DNA of 64,000 nt. Origin: Ostreococcus lucimarinus. Taxonomy: Eukaryota. Made by a program: the position numbers and the translations under genes. Shown here one piece after another: positions 29,601 to 38,227 of this stretch (its first letter is position 1; every line of letters starts with the position of its first letter). The notes under the pieces are model-generated. The model was given only the letters and a program-made list of their open reading frames with translations. It did not search any database and was not told the DNA's origin. The stretch is from the NCBI GenBank assembly GCA_000092065.1, contig CP000589.1, one strand, 5' to 3'.

Positions 29601-29733
29601 GGTTCTCGCCGAACGCGCGAGAAAAGTACAGGAAAAGCTCGATGAAGACGGCCAAGTCGGCTCGCTCGAAGACGTCGATTTTATTCGCGCGCGCCTGAAC
29701 CAATCGGGTCACCACGATATCGGTGCGCCCTAA
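26695..29733 (+). CDS. Two-repeat (2 x 6TM) voltage-gated cation channel; acidic/Arg-rich N-terminal region with an RE/SE dipeptide repeat; true start codon uncertain
   Basis: Repeat I: S4 RTFRLIRLLRLIQMV, pore FRSLSIAFKTVISMTTMSDWLDF. Repeat II: S4 AVVVRLLRLLRILRLVRVIKQL, pore FCDLSNAVVTLFTVSFLEDWRPVF. Both filters have Cav/Nav-style T..(S/E)DW; TPC filters lack the W. RERERERERERERERERERESESESES is encoded by a (GCGARC)n microsatellite at 26911-26994. TGTAA at 29752-29756. Confidence 0.85.
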   Translation: MSSDDDAGRRARGEANAGEHPGRERRTATDDEDDGDAGAGGGARDEGARREGGREGGRAREAREGAGDARTTRERERERERERERERERERESESESESDSASTSTSDGSTTTDGETRAGAAPATEEYDVEGRLPSRTPPAGDSRGFWTRCYHEGAKFCGLGVLLEEIPSESSSSESSSDSDSESDSEGSRRRHRLRALDSFKSNMSEGSELDEADLNDEVKQRVLDEGKANIYPSLAIMEVLFNKMQERLSKKAVRDEMLEAKRADEAVTAAHRNRRQRSRAWLLHQFVSSKFFTFLTASMIFYSSIVCGIVSQDPDKWFDTKFEDVSFLVLNIGFAVEAVMRIMSSGVIIKEDGVKHLVELRPHYYFHDPVNCVDFVVTVLSFMEYVVSGNSLDAVRTFRLIRLLRLIQMVEDMRVILDGVIQGVLSIVWILVLLTVVVYIYAVIGAVLFGENDPRNFRSLSIAFKTVISMTTMSDWLDFLYINYHGCDQYGYDGADASYCTNPKSQKVLATAYIMSLIVILGNIMMSLFIGVITNKMEDAALELKDSKDAKKRKTKAAVAAEVWDDPALTPLKIGAEQYAQLLYHLNLLSGVRAEGVVRPLPDLPKWKRAQLWLKRMVTNTVFEWGVVMMIIAVAITSGLGLEYNQQGKEWYKTTEAFFIAAFTAELIIKFFAYLDRSLSFYTGKQKWWNLFDTFVVLVGLIPSSYQKAAVVVRLLRLLRILRLVRVIKQLQVVVLSLIAGMNSIVYVAVFMSVIFFVYAVAGVQVFRLNDPFHFCDLSNAVVTLFTVSFLEDWRPVFDINFYGCDKNLFGDTDGGVYYASTIDVDISNGSTVVCSHPQQHKMFAFFFFSSYILLSAMVLVSAFVGIIVTSMQSASTMVRQRLASEERLKMIEEFFQLDEHASKQTVYVYNLLDSGFEGELTPEKIMEKMALFDIPTNPELLKRAHQTVNGLMDAPFDAADFLLLTVLAERARKVQEKLDEDGQVGSLEDVDFIRARLNQSGHHDIGAP
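26911..26994 (+). repeat. Coding hexanucleotide microsatellite (GCGAAC/GCGAGC/GAGAGC)n, ~14 units
   Basis: Seen directly in the sequence. It encodes the (RE)n(SE)n stretch in the channel N-terminus; the opposite strand reads (AL)n. Confidence 0.9.
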
Positions 29734-29862
29734 CCAATGCCCGCGTAAACATGTAATCACATCTTGGATTCTCAGCGATCCGATCCTCGTCCGATCCTCG
29801 ATCGACGCCGAACGCCGCCGCGGGCGCGACGCCAGACCCAGCCTCGTGGTGAATCGTCACCC

Positions 29863-31277
29863 ATGACGAAACGCACGGTGCGTCTCCGCGCTCGAATTCG
29901 CTCGCGGCTGAACGCGCGCGCGTCGCGCGGCGCACACACACGTTCGAGCGTCGCGATCGACGCTCACGAGCGTCACCGCGCGCGAACGCTTCGACGCCGT
30001 GACGGCGATCGATCGATCGACTGACGACGAATTCCCCGGGAAAACGCGCGCAGAAGGACGCCGATGTCGAAGATACCCCGCGACGACGCGCGCGTAATCA
30101 CGTCGATATCCCTCCCGGCACGGAACTCCCGCTCGAGCTCGGGACGAAGGTGCACTGTCGGTGGCGAGGAAAGGATGAGTTTTACCAGGCAAAGGTCATC
30201 GAGCGACGACCGGGACGAGGGAAATCGGACGAGGATTACGAGTATTACGTGCACTACGAACAGTTTAATCGACGGATGGACTCGTGGGTGAGCTTGGGAG
30301 AGATGGATCTGTCGACCTTGGTGGTTGTGGAGAAGACAGAAGACGGGAAGAAGAAGAAGGACGCGCACGAGCCAGACGCCGAGCACGCGGAGTTTGATCC
30401 GAAGGCGTTGCAGGAGCACGAAGAGTTCACCAAGGTTCGTAACATCTTGCAGATCGAACTCGGGAAGCACGAGATGGACACGTGGTATTTCTCACCGTTC
30501 CCACCAGAGTATAACGACTGTCAAAAGTTGTACTTTTGCGAGTACACGTTGCAGTTTTTCAAGCGTAAAGAGCAGCTACAGCGTCACTTGAAGAAGAATG
30601 AGATGCGACACCCGCCCGGGGATGAGATTTACCGCAAAGGCAAGCTGAGCTTTTTCGAGATCGATGGGAAGAAGCACAAGTTGTTTTGTCAAAACTTGTG
30701 TTACTTGGCGAAACTGTTTTTAGATCACAAGACGCTGTACTACGACGTCGACTTGTTTTTGTTCTACGTCTTGATGGAGTGCGACGAACGCGGGTATCAC
30801 ATCGTCGGTTACTTTTCCAAGGAAAAGTGCTCAGAAGAAGGATACAACTTGGCGTGTATCCTCACGTTACCCCCGTACCAGCGAAAGGGTTACGGGAAGC
30901 TGTTGATATCGTTCTCTTACGAGCTGTCCAAGATCGAAGGCAAGGTCGGCACCCCCGAGCGTCCGCTCAGCGATCTCGGTTTGGTATCGTACCGCGGCTA
31001 CTGGACGCGCGAGCTGTTAAAAATTCTCGGCGACGAGTCCAAGCAGTTCCTCTCCATAAAAGACCTGAGCGAGATGACGATGATCAAGACCGAGGACATC
31101 ATCTCCACCCTCCAGCACCTCGGTTTGCTCGCCTACACCAAGGGCGCGTACGTCATCTGCGCTTCGCCCGAGCTCATCGAGAAGCATTTCAAAGCCGCCG
31201 GCAGCGGCGGCGTACCGTGCGATCCCGAAGCGATCATTTGGTCCCCGTACGACCCCGAGCGCGCGAGGGACTTGTAA
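29863..31277 (+). CDS. MYST-family histone acetyltransferase (Esa1/Tip60/HAM-like); main exon 30054..31277; proposed 15-nt first exon 29863..29877
   Basis: Main exon: ELPLELGTKVHCRWRGKDEFYQAKVIERR (tudor-knot, compare Arabidopsis HAM1 MPLEVGTRVMCRWRDGKYHPVKVIERR), C2HC zinc finger LYFCEYTLQFFKRKEQLQRH, acetyl-CoA site QRKGYGKLLISFSYELSK. The tudor-knot frame has an in-frame stop at 30000-30002 and no upstream ATG. Proposed exon 1 ATGACGAAACGCACG|GTGCGT (29863-29877), CTGAC at 30022-30026, acceptor CAG at 30051-30053, giving MTKRT-KDADVEDTP...ELPLELG. Exon 1 is inference. Confidence 0.8.
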
Positions 31278-31356
31278 TTTCACACCTAGCCACGATAGAC
31301 AGAACCTCCGTCGCGCGCGTAACCGCCGCAGTCGGCGCCTCGCGCGCGCTCTCCCC

Positions 31357-32850
31357 ATGCGCGACCGCGCGCGCGAGATTCGCCTCGTCACCCTCGGTCT
31401 GTCGCCCCGGGACACGCACGCGAGATGCGTCGACCTCGCGCGCGAGCTCGACGACGCGGTGCGCGACGTGACGGCGCGCATCGACGCCCGCGCGACCGCA
31501 CACGCGAATGCGCTCGCGACGCTTCGACGACGCATCGAACACCTGCGCGCGCGCGTGCGCGACGTCGGGTCGAGCTCGAGCGCGCGGACGGTGATGCACG
31601 CGGCGCGGTACCCGATGGGCGCGCGAAACGGAGACGTGGAACGGATGTTCGGGACGAGCGCGCCGACGACGGCGGCGAGCGCGGCGGAGGACGAAGGCGA
31701 CGCGGAACGGAAAATGATGGAGGAGTTACTGGCGATCGAACGACAGACGGTACATCGAGAGATGACGGCGGAGATGTTTTATGCGAGCGAGACGCGCGAG
31801 AGCGCGAGCGGGCGCGCGCGGGTGGTGAGCGGGCGGGACGGATTGGGGACGTTGCCGGCGAGTTTGGAGAGCTTGAACGAGTGTTTGTTGTTTAATTCCG
31901 ACGTGAATCCGTACGTGGAGTACGCGCTGGTGGATAATTTGATGGACGGTGAGGACGATGGTGGTCGGGGCGATGAAGACGGCGAAGACGAGGGAACGCG
32001 CGAGGGAGGGGAGTACGAGGACGATTGGAAAAATTTGGCCGAGGCGCCAAAGTCGATGCAAAACGCGTTGTATGATTCCATGCAAGCCACGCAGTTTGGA
32101 TTTCGACCGACGATGGGCGCGATGCCGTCGCTGGATTTACCCACATCGCTGCCTTCGTTACGCTATGCGGCGGACATCAGCTGGTCCGGGGCGACGAAGA
32201 CGGCGGCCCCCATAGCGCCTTCGTCCACGGCGACGCCGCTACCTGACGTCGTCGTGACGCCCTCGGTGCTGGCGCCGCCGCCACCTTTGCCACCGACGCC
32301 GCCACCACCGCCACCACTGCCTCGGGAAAATTTGCACGCGTCCGCGCCGCCGGCGCAGCTCCCACCGGGCGCGAACGTCGGCGACGGCGGGCGGAGCGCG
32401 CTCATGGACGCGATTCGCAACAAGGACAACAAATCGAGGTTGCGCAAACGTGGGTCAGCGGCGCCGAGCGCGGACGCCGCACCGCCGCCACCTCGCGGCG
32501 CGCCGATGGAGCCCGACTTACGAGGCGCGCTCATGGACGCTATTCGCGCGAAACCGATGCTGAAATCGTCGAGTCGCCCCGAGTTGAGCGACGGCGATCC
32601 GCCCGCCGCGGCGCCGCCCGCGCCGCCGCGACAAATGTCCATGATGGAGGAGTTAGCGAACAGTTTAGGACGACGTCGCTCCGCCATCGTGGCATCCGGC
32701 GACCACGACGTGCGCGAGAAGGTCATCGAGACGACGACCCAACGCCCGAGTGGCATCGTCGGCTTGGGCGATTTCATCAAGGCGAAGGAGAGTGCGACGA
32801 ACTGCGACGAAGACCAAGACGACGACGTGAGCGATTGGGATAGCGACTAA
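31357..32850 (+). CDS. WASH-like Arp2/3 nucleation-promoting factor (WAHD1-like N-terminus, poly-Pro, two WH2 motifs, acidic Trp-containing C-terminus)
   Basis: N-terminus EIRLVTLGLSPRDTHARCVDLARELDDAVRDVTARIDARATAHANALATLRRRIEHLRARVRDVGSSSSARTVMHAARYP parallels human WASH1 ([82 protein letters not shown]). PPPPLPPTPPPPPPLP. WH2 RSALMDAIRNKDNKSRLRK and RGALMDAIRAKPMLKS. Tail DEDQDDDVSDWDSD (VCA-type). Confidence 0.6.
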   Translation: MRDRAREIRLVTLGLSPRDTHARCVDLARELDDAVRDVTARIDARATAHANALATLRRRIEHLRARVRDVGSSSSARTVMHAARYPMGARNGDVERMFGTSAPTTAASAAEDEGDAERKMMEELLAIERQTVHREMTAEMFYASETRESASGRARVVSGRDGLGTLPASLESLNECLLFNSDVNPYVEYALVDNLMDGEDDGGRGDEDGEDEGTREGGEYEDDWKNLAEAPKSMQNALYDSMQATQFGFRPTMGAMPSLDLPTSLPSLRYAADISWSGATKTAAPIAPSSTATPLPDVVVTPSVLAPPPPLPPTPPPPPPLPRENLHASAPPAQLPPGANVGDGGRSALMDAIRNKDNKSRLRKRGSAAPSADAAPPPPRGAPMEPDLRGALMDAIRAKPMLKSSSRPELSDGDPPAAAPPAPPRQMSMMEELANSLGRRRSAIVASGDHDVREKVIETTTQRPSGIVGLGDFIKAKESATNCDEDQDDDVSDWDSD

Positions 32851-32902
32851 GAATATAGAACTAGACGCGCTAAGATGCTACCACCGCCCCTGATCGCGAC
32901 GA

Positions 32903-33646
32903 TCAAAGCTTTGACCGCCGCGCGTTGAACGCGGCAAACTTTTCCCGCGCCACGGCTCTGTAATTCGCGAACGCGCGCCGCCGTTCCGCCGCGCGCGCCT
33001 CATCCACGCCCAGCCCATCGTGAATCGCGCGCTTAATCGCGCTCGCCCCTCCCGGCGCCATCTCGCACACCGCCATCGCCATCTCCATCGCCTTCGCCTT
33101 CGCCGACGCCGCGTCCTTCGTCGTCGCGCACGTCAACCCCAGCGCCTCCGCCCGCCTCGCGTCCATCGCTCGTCCGAACACCGAGCACGCCCGCGCCGCG
33201 TTCGCCCCGACGCTCCGACTCAGCTTCACGCTCAGTCCCCAGCTCGGTAAGATCCCGATCGTCGCGTGCGTGTCCACGAACCGCGCGTCCTCGCTCGCCA
33301 CCAACGCGTCGCACCCGAGCGCGAGCTCGAATCCCGCGTTCACGCAGTCCCCGTGCACCGCGCCCACGATCGGCGCCTCGCACGCCTCCATCGCCAGAAC
33401 CGGATCGCTCGCGACGTCCCGCTCGTCCATCGCGAACACCTCGCGCGCGGCGCGCAGATCGATTCCGCTGCAAAAGTGTCTCGACGCGCCGCTCCCGCAC
33501 AGCACGACGACGCGCGCGCCGTCGTCCCGCGCGAGCGCCCGCGCGAGCGCGCGCACCGCGTCCGCGCTCGCGAGCGCGTTCCCGCGCGCGGGATTATCGA
33601 TCGTGATCACGCGCACGCCGCGCGCGTCGAGCGTCACGTCGATCAT
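32903..33646 (-). CDS. Enoyl-CoA hydratase/isomerase (crotonase) family protein
   Basis: MIDVTLDARGVRVITIDNPARGNAL...VVLCGSGASRHFCSGIDL...PIVGAVHGDCVNAGFELALGCDALVASEDARF...TIGILPSWG, the crotonase oxyanion-hole pattern. ATG at 33644-33646. Convergent with WASH, 52 bp between stops. Confidence 0.8.
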   Translation of the reverse strand: MIDVTLDARGVRVITIDNPARGNALASADAVRALARALARDDGARVVVLCGSGASRHFCSGIDLRAAREVFAMDERDVASDPVLAMEACEAPIVGAVHGDCVNAGFELALGCDALVASEDARFVDTHATIGILPSWGLSVKLSRSVGANAARACSVFGRAMDARRAEALGLTCATTKDAASAKAKAMEMAMAVCEMAPGGASAIKRAIHDGLGVDEARAAERRRAFANYRAVAREKFAAFNARRSKL

Positions 33647-34289
33647 CGCGTCGCGTAGCTCGCGTCGCGCGCGCGTCGAAGTGCGCGACGCGTCGCTCGC
33701 GCGCGCCCGCGGCGCGTCCACTCCGATTCCAATTCCAATTCCAACGCGTTCGTTCGCGACGCCGCGCGACGCGTCGAGGCGACGTCTCGCGCGCTCGCCT
33801 CGCGTCGCGTCGCGCTCTACTCGGTCGCCTCGCCGCGTCGCGCGTCGTCGCCGAACGTCGGCGCGGGCGCTTTCGTCGTCGTCGCGCGTCGCGCGGCTTC
33901 GAATCGCGCCGTCGCGGCTTTCGCCGGATCGTACGTCGATCCGGGGAGCTTGTACCGCGGCTCGCCGTTCGGCGGCGGCGGCGTGCACGGCGTGATCATA
34001 TCGCACGTCACCTCGGCGCGCGCGGCGGACGCCGTCGCGAGCGTCGTCGCGAGGGCGACGGTGACGACGCATCCGACGATCGCGCGGTCGCGCGCGGCGT
34101 CGGCGTCGGCGTCGGCGGCGCGCGACGCGCGGGCGACGCGCGCGCGCGGCGTCGCGCGGCGCGCGCGCGCGGGCGTCGACGCGCGCGCGGCGGGGCGCGC
34201 GAGAGGCGCGCGGGCGAGCATGGCGACGGCGCGATGGGCGTCGACGAGTGCCGCAACGGTCGCGACGACACTCGCGCGCGACGCGATCG

Positions 34290-35189
34290 ATGCGCGGCGA
34301 CGACGGCGACGGCGACGCGAACGAGGAGGACGAGGCACGACGCGCGGCGGAGTGCGACGCGCTTCGCGCGATCTACGGCGACGAGCGCGTCGTCGTCGCG
34401 ACGGTGGACGCGCGCGGGACGCGCGTCGTCGAGGTGTCGCTCCGGCGCGGCGCGTGGCGGTGTCGCGCGACGCTCGGTGAGAGATACCCATCGCGCGAAC
34501 CTCCGGACGTGCGGTTCGTGTGTTTGACGACGCGGGACGCGCGCGCGCGGGCGTGCGAGCGCGCGGCGGAGGCGGGGGTGGAGGACGCGTGGGAGGCGAC
34601 GGGGAGGGAGTGCTGCGTCTTCGCGCTCATCGAACGCGCGCGCGAACGCGTGGACGCGCTCGAGGACGGCGATCGGCGCGCGCGCGAGGACGAGGGTGCG
34701 GGTGCGGGTGCGGGTGACGTCGACGCGGCGCCGGCGGCGATCGCGGGGACGGCGGGGACGGCGGGCGCGGAGGACGACGCGAGACGGGCCGACGTGCGAT
34801 CGAGGTTGACGTCTCGCGAGCCCGTGGTGGAGAAGAAGAGCGTGTTTCAGGCGCACGTGTGCGTGGGGGTGAAAGACGTGAGTGAAGTGGCGATCGTGAT
34901 GGATATTTTGAACGAGTCGAGGAGGGTGCGAGCGGCGACGCATAATATTTTGGCGTATCGAGTGTCGAGGAACGACGCGTCGAAAACGTTTTACCAGGAT
35001 CACGACGACGACGGCGAGACCGCGGCGGGTGGGCGATTGCTTCGGTTGCTCGTGCTCGCAGACGCGCGAGACGTCGTCGTAGTCGTCTCGCGCTGGTACG
35101 GGGGGATCCATCTGGGACCGGCGAGATTTCACGTCATAAACGCGTGCGCCAAGGACGCTCTCGTGGCTCTAGGAGAGATTCATCAATAG
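34290..35189 (+). CDS. IMPACT-family protein (RWD domain plus YigZ/UPF0029 domain)
   Basis: RWD: AAECDALRAIYGDERVVVAT...EVSL.... UPF0029: KKSVFQAHVCVGVKDVSEVAIVMDIL...HNILAYRV...DHDDDGE...LLVLADARDVVVVVSRWYGGIHLGPARF. Start at MRGDDGDGD (ATG 34290). Confidence 0.75.
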   Translation: MRGDDGDGDANEEDEARRAAECDALRAIYGDERVVVATVDARGTRVVEVSLRRGAWRCRATLGERYPSREPPDVRFVCLTTRDARARACERAAEAGVEDAWEATGRECCVFALIERARERVDALEDGDRRAREDEGAGAGAGDVDAAPAAIAGTAGTAGAEDDARRADVRSRLTSREPVVEKKSVFQAHVCVGVKDVSEVAIVMDILNESRRVRAATHNILAYRVSRNDASKTFYQDHDDDGETAAGGRLLRLLVLADARDVVVVVSRWYGGIHLGPARFHVINACAKDALVALGEIHQ

Positions 35190-35254
35190 CGCGTCGTAAG
35201 ACGTTGTAGCGGCTAGTACTAGTACACCAAGAGTAGATCTCTCGACGATTCATT

Positions 35255-35977
35255 CTACGTCGGCGCGTCGTTCGCGACGATGCGCGCCCAAAGCCTTCTC
35301 AACTCGCGTACCCCCAACGCCTCTAAATACTCGGCGTTGCGCTCGCGAATGTCCTCGCGTTCCTCCAGGCGATACCACGTGTCTTCCGCCCTTTCGATGT
35401 CGCACGCGCGGAGCAAGTGTACCGTCGGAAACGGACTCCTCGACGTGTAATTCGACGCCTCGCTCTCGCCGTCGAACGCGGCGAGCGGATGAAACGGCAC
35501 GACGGTCACCGTCTCGCCGCCCGTCGTCGCCTCGCACGCGTCCTCCGCCTCGCGCACCGGTCCGCGCATGAATCCTTCCCAGTCATCGTTCCATCCGTTT
35601 TCAAACACGATGAGCGTCGTCGCGCTCTCGTCTCGCGCGCACGCCGCCAGTCGCCGCGTCTCTCGCGCGAGGACGTCCCCGTAGCCGCCGCCGCCGCCGT
35701 CGCCGCGCACGACCTCGATCGCGAACGTCTTCGCCATCGACGCCCTCGCGAACGGACACAAATTCATGCCGATGATGACGTCGGTCAACCAGCGCGTCGT
35801 GGCGTCGCGCGCGTCGCGCGCGGCGGCGCCGTCCGACGAAGCTCTAACTGTCCTGACGCGCGTTCGCGCCGCTCGTCGCGCGCGCGAACGGCGCGCGCGC
35901 GCGAGCGGGGGCGACGCGCGCGACGACGACGCATCGCGCGACGCCGCGACGCGCGCGCGCGCGAGGAAACGGGACAT
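35255..35977 (-). CDS. Conserved hypothetical protein, DUF1415-like, with plastid-type presequence
   Basis: After an R/A/S-rich presequence: TTRWLTDVIIGMNLCPFARAS, the W-L-x-x-F-V-I-G-L-x-L-C-P-[FW]-A signature of the DUF1415 family. Real ATG at 35975-35977. Confidence 0.45.
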   Translation of the reverse strand: MSRFLARARVAASRDASSSRASPPLARARRSRARRAARTRVRTVRASSDGAAARDARDATTRWLTDVIIGMNLCPFARASMAKTFAIEVVRGDGGGGGYGDVLARETRRLAACARDESATTLIVFENGWNDDWEGFMRGPVREAEDACEATTGGETVTVVPFHPLAAFDGESEASNYTSRSPFPTVHLLRACDIERAEDTWYRLEEREDIRERNAEYLEALGVRELRRLWARIVANDAPT

Positions 35978-36019
35978 GCGCGCCGATGTGTGTGGATTTA
36001 AAACGACGCGCGACGACGC

Positions 36020-38227
36020 TCAACTAAAAGCGCGTCGGAGCATGAACAAGTGCAAGACGATGAGATAGACGGAAAACGCCGTGCGAGTCGCCCTGCTCTT
36101 CATGAGCATCTTTCCGCTCGTCAAACCGATGCGATCGTGAATCGGAAGCGAGGACGCGGAGTCTTCGACCTCCCGCTCGCGAAACGCGGCGAAGGGGTTC
36201 AAGCGCGCCAGGTATCGACGGCGATACCGCTGGACGACGCCGCCGGCGTCGCCGCCGGGGATGTCTGACTCGGCGTTGACGCCACCGAAACAACCGTAAC
36301 GCGCGGCGCGGCGCCGCATGCCGTCGACCGCGGCTGCCGTACGTTCGCTTTCGATGTTGACCGTCACCGCGCCGCACGAATAACGCGCGTTCTTCGCGCT
36401 TTGCGACGGCGCCGTAGACGCCGCGACGGCGCCGTCGGTGACGGGTATGCCTTCCGCGTCGACGCGCAGGATTGTCGTCCGGCCACCCGACGACGCTAAT
36501 TGCTTGGAATAGTAATTTTGCACGTACTGAAGTTTTTCGAACAGCTGCACGCTGTCGGCTTCGAGCTTTGCCTTCGCGTCCTCGGCGGCGATTTTGTCCT
36601 GCTCGAGCCTAGCCGCGCGCTCGTCCAGTTCACCCACCCTACGCTTGAATCGATCGCGTTGAGATGTGAGGATCGTGAGCAAATCTGTCGACTCCGAGGA
36701 CGCCGCGTTCACTTTCATCGGAGACCCGTTCACGGCTCTATCCTCGATGATTTCCGAGAGTCGCGTCGCTAAATCGGTCTCGAGCGTCGCGACCATCTCC
36801 GCCGTTTCGGTGTACTTGCGCTCGGCACTCGCTTGCGCACCTCGTGCGATTTCAAGAGAAGTGGTCGCTTCTTCTGTTTCGCGCCTTGCTACCGTGAGTT
36901 CGGCGGCGAGCTTTTTGTTTCGCTCGCGCAACGATTGCATCGCCTCCGCGCCGCTCGCCGACGATTCGTCACCGCCCGCCGCGGCGTCGTCATCGCCGAC
37001 CTCCAGGCCACTGATTTCTTGCAACATCTTGACGCGATTCGTTAGTGTGGCTATTTCAGCCTTTAACTTTAACGTCGCCGACTCAGACGGTTGCGCCGTT
37101 TCGCGCGCTTTCAAAACCTCTTGTCTAAGCGCGACGATTTGCGCGTTCAGCGATTCCCGTTCGGCGGCGTGTTTTTCTTCAGACTCCTTCGCACGCGCCG
37201 CGTTCGATTCGACCTCCGCCGCGAGCTGAGACACCATGCGTTCCTTTACCGCGAGCTTCTCGGCGAGCCTGGACTCGGCGTGCTCGTCTCGACTCGTCGT
37301 CGCCCTTTCCGTAGCGCGCGCGGCTTCGACGTGCGCCTCCAACGCCTCCTCGCGACGACGCAATTCCTCACCCAAAGTCACCAACTCTTCTTTTTCCGCC
37401 GCGTTTCTCGCCTCGTTCGTCTCCATCGCGTTCTCAGCGTCGAATAATTTACTCGCCATCTCGTCGTATTGCTTCTGTAAAGCACCGAGCTTTTGTTCCG
37501 CCGCCGCTTTGCCTTGTCGCGCCGCATCCGCGCTCGATTCCGCCGCGCGCTTCTTCGCCTCCATCGTCTTCATCGCCTCGTCAATCTTCTCCTGCATTTT
37601 CTCTTTCATCGCACTCATCAAGCTCTCCGCGTTCGCCCCCGACGTGGACGCCGCGAACGACGCCTTTTTCGCCGCGTCCCGTTCCACGCGCGCCGCCTCC
37701 AGCTCGCGCCGACACGTCGCCATCGTCGACAACGCCTCCTCCGGCGCTCCGGCCACCAGCACCGCCCCGTCCCCGATGATCGCGCGCACGCACGCTAAGT
37801 CTTCCTCCCTGCACCGCGTCAACCGCTTCACCTCCTCGGTGAGCGCCAGCGTCGTCGCCTCGCCGTCGCTCGCCGCGCGCGTCAGCTTCTCCTTCAATCG
37901 CCGTTTCTCCTCCCGTTCCGCCGCCGCGCTCGCGTCGCACCGCGCCCGCGCGTCGCGCATCGCCCGTTGCACCTCGTTCCAGTTCAAATCTCTCCATTGA
38001 CGCGCCAGGCGCGACGCGTCGTCGTCGAACGTCGCCGATGTCGCGCTCGAGCGATCGTCGCTGAACAGCGATTCCGCCGCGCCGTCGATCGCGTCCAGCG
38101 CGCTCGTGATGGCGCTGTCGAAGTCCTCGAACGACGGCGCGTACGCCGCGAGCGACGGCGCGAGCGACGCCGACGCGGGCGCGGGCGCCGGTGGCGACGG
38201 CGACGGCGGTTCGGCGTCGTCAACCAT
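36020..38227 (-). CDS. CASP-type golgin (long coiled coil plus CASP C-terminal domain with tail-anchor helix)
   Basis: C-terminus QRDRFKRRVGELDE...VQLFEKLQYVQNY...RYSCGAVTVN...RRYLARLNPFAAFREREV...RIGLTSGKMLMKSRATRTAFSVYLIVLHLFMLRRAFS parallels the CASP C-terminal domain (QRDRFRARNQELE...KLYEKIRFLQSY...YEERLDPFSSFSKRER...TIGFFYTLFLHCLVFLVLY). Start at MVDDAEPPS (ATG 38225-38227). Confidence 0.7.
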   Translation of the reverse strand: MVDDAEPPSPSPPAPAPASASLAPSLAAYAPSFEDFDSAITSALDAIDGAAESLFSDDRSSATSATFDDDASRLARQWRDLNWNEVQRAMRDARARCDASAAAEREEKRRLKEKLTRAASDGEATTLALTEEVKRLTRCREEDLACVRAIIGDGAVLVAGAPEEALSTMATCRRELEAARVERDAAKKASFAASTSGANAESLMSAMKEKMQEKIDEAMKTMEAKKRAAESSADAARQGKAAAEQKLGALQKQYDEMASKLFDAENAMETNEARNAAEKEELVTLGEELRRREEALEAHVEAARATERATTSRDEHAESRLAEKLAVKERMVSQLAAEVESNAARAKESEEKHAAERESLNAQIVALRQEVLKARETAQPSESATLKLKAEIATLTNRVKMLQEISGLEVGDDDAAAGGDESSASGAEAMQSLRERNKKLAAELTVARRETEEATTSLEIARGAQASAERKYTETAEMVATLETDLATRLSEIIEDRAVNGSPMKVNAASSESTDLLTILTSQRDRFKRRVGELDERAARLEQDKIAAEDAKAKLEADSVQLFEKLQYVQNYYSKQLASSGGRTTILRVDAEGIPVTDGAVAASTAPSQSAKNARYSCGAVTVNIESERTAAAVDGMRRRAARYGCFGGVNAESDIPGGDAGGVVQRYRRRYLARLNPFAAFREREVEDSASSLPIHDRIGLTSGKMLMKSRATRTAFSVYLIVLHLFMLRRAFS

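Noticed and set aside
30064-30149. ATG at 30064 as the MYST start codon
   Set aside because: It is in a different frame (+1) from the conserved tudor-knot sequence. No GT/AG pair in the interval can reconcile the frames, so the upstream 15-nt exon model was preferred. It remains unproven.
33647-34289. 640-bp gap between divergent enoyl-CoA hydratase and IMPACT genes as a possible extra gene
   Set aside because: Only R/A/G-rich ORFs with no motifs lie there. The (GGAATT)-like short repeat at ~33721-33745 and the very GC-rich sequence fit a bidirectional promoter or UTR region. An undetected 5' exon for either gene cannot be excluded.
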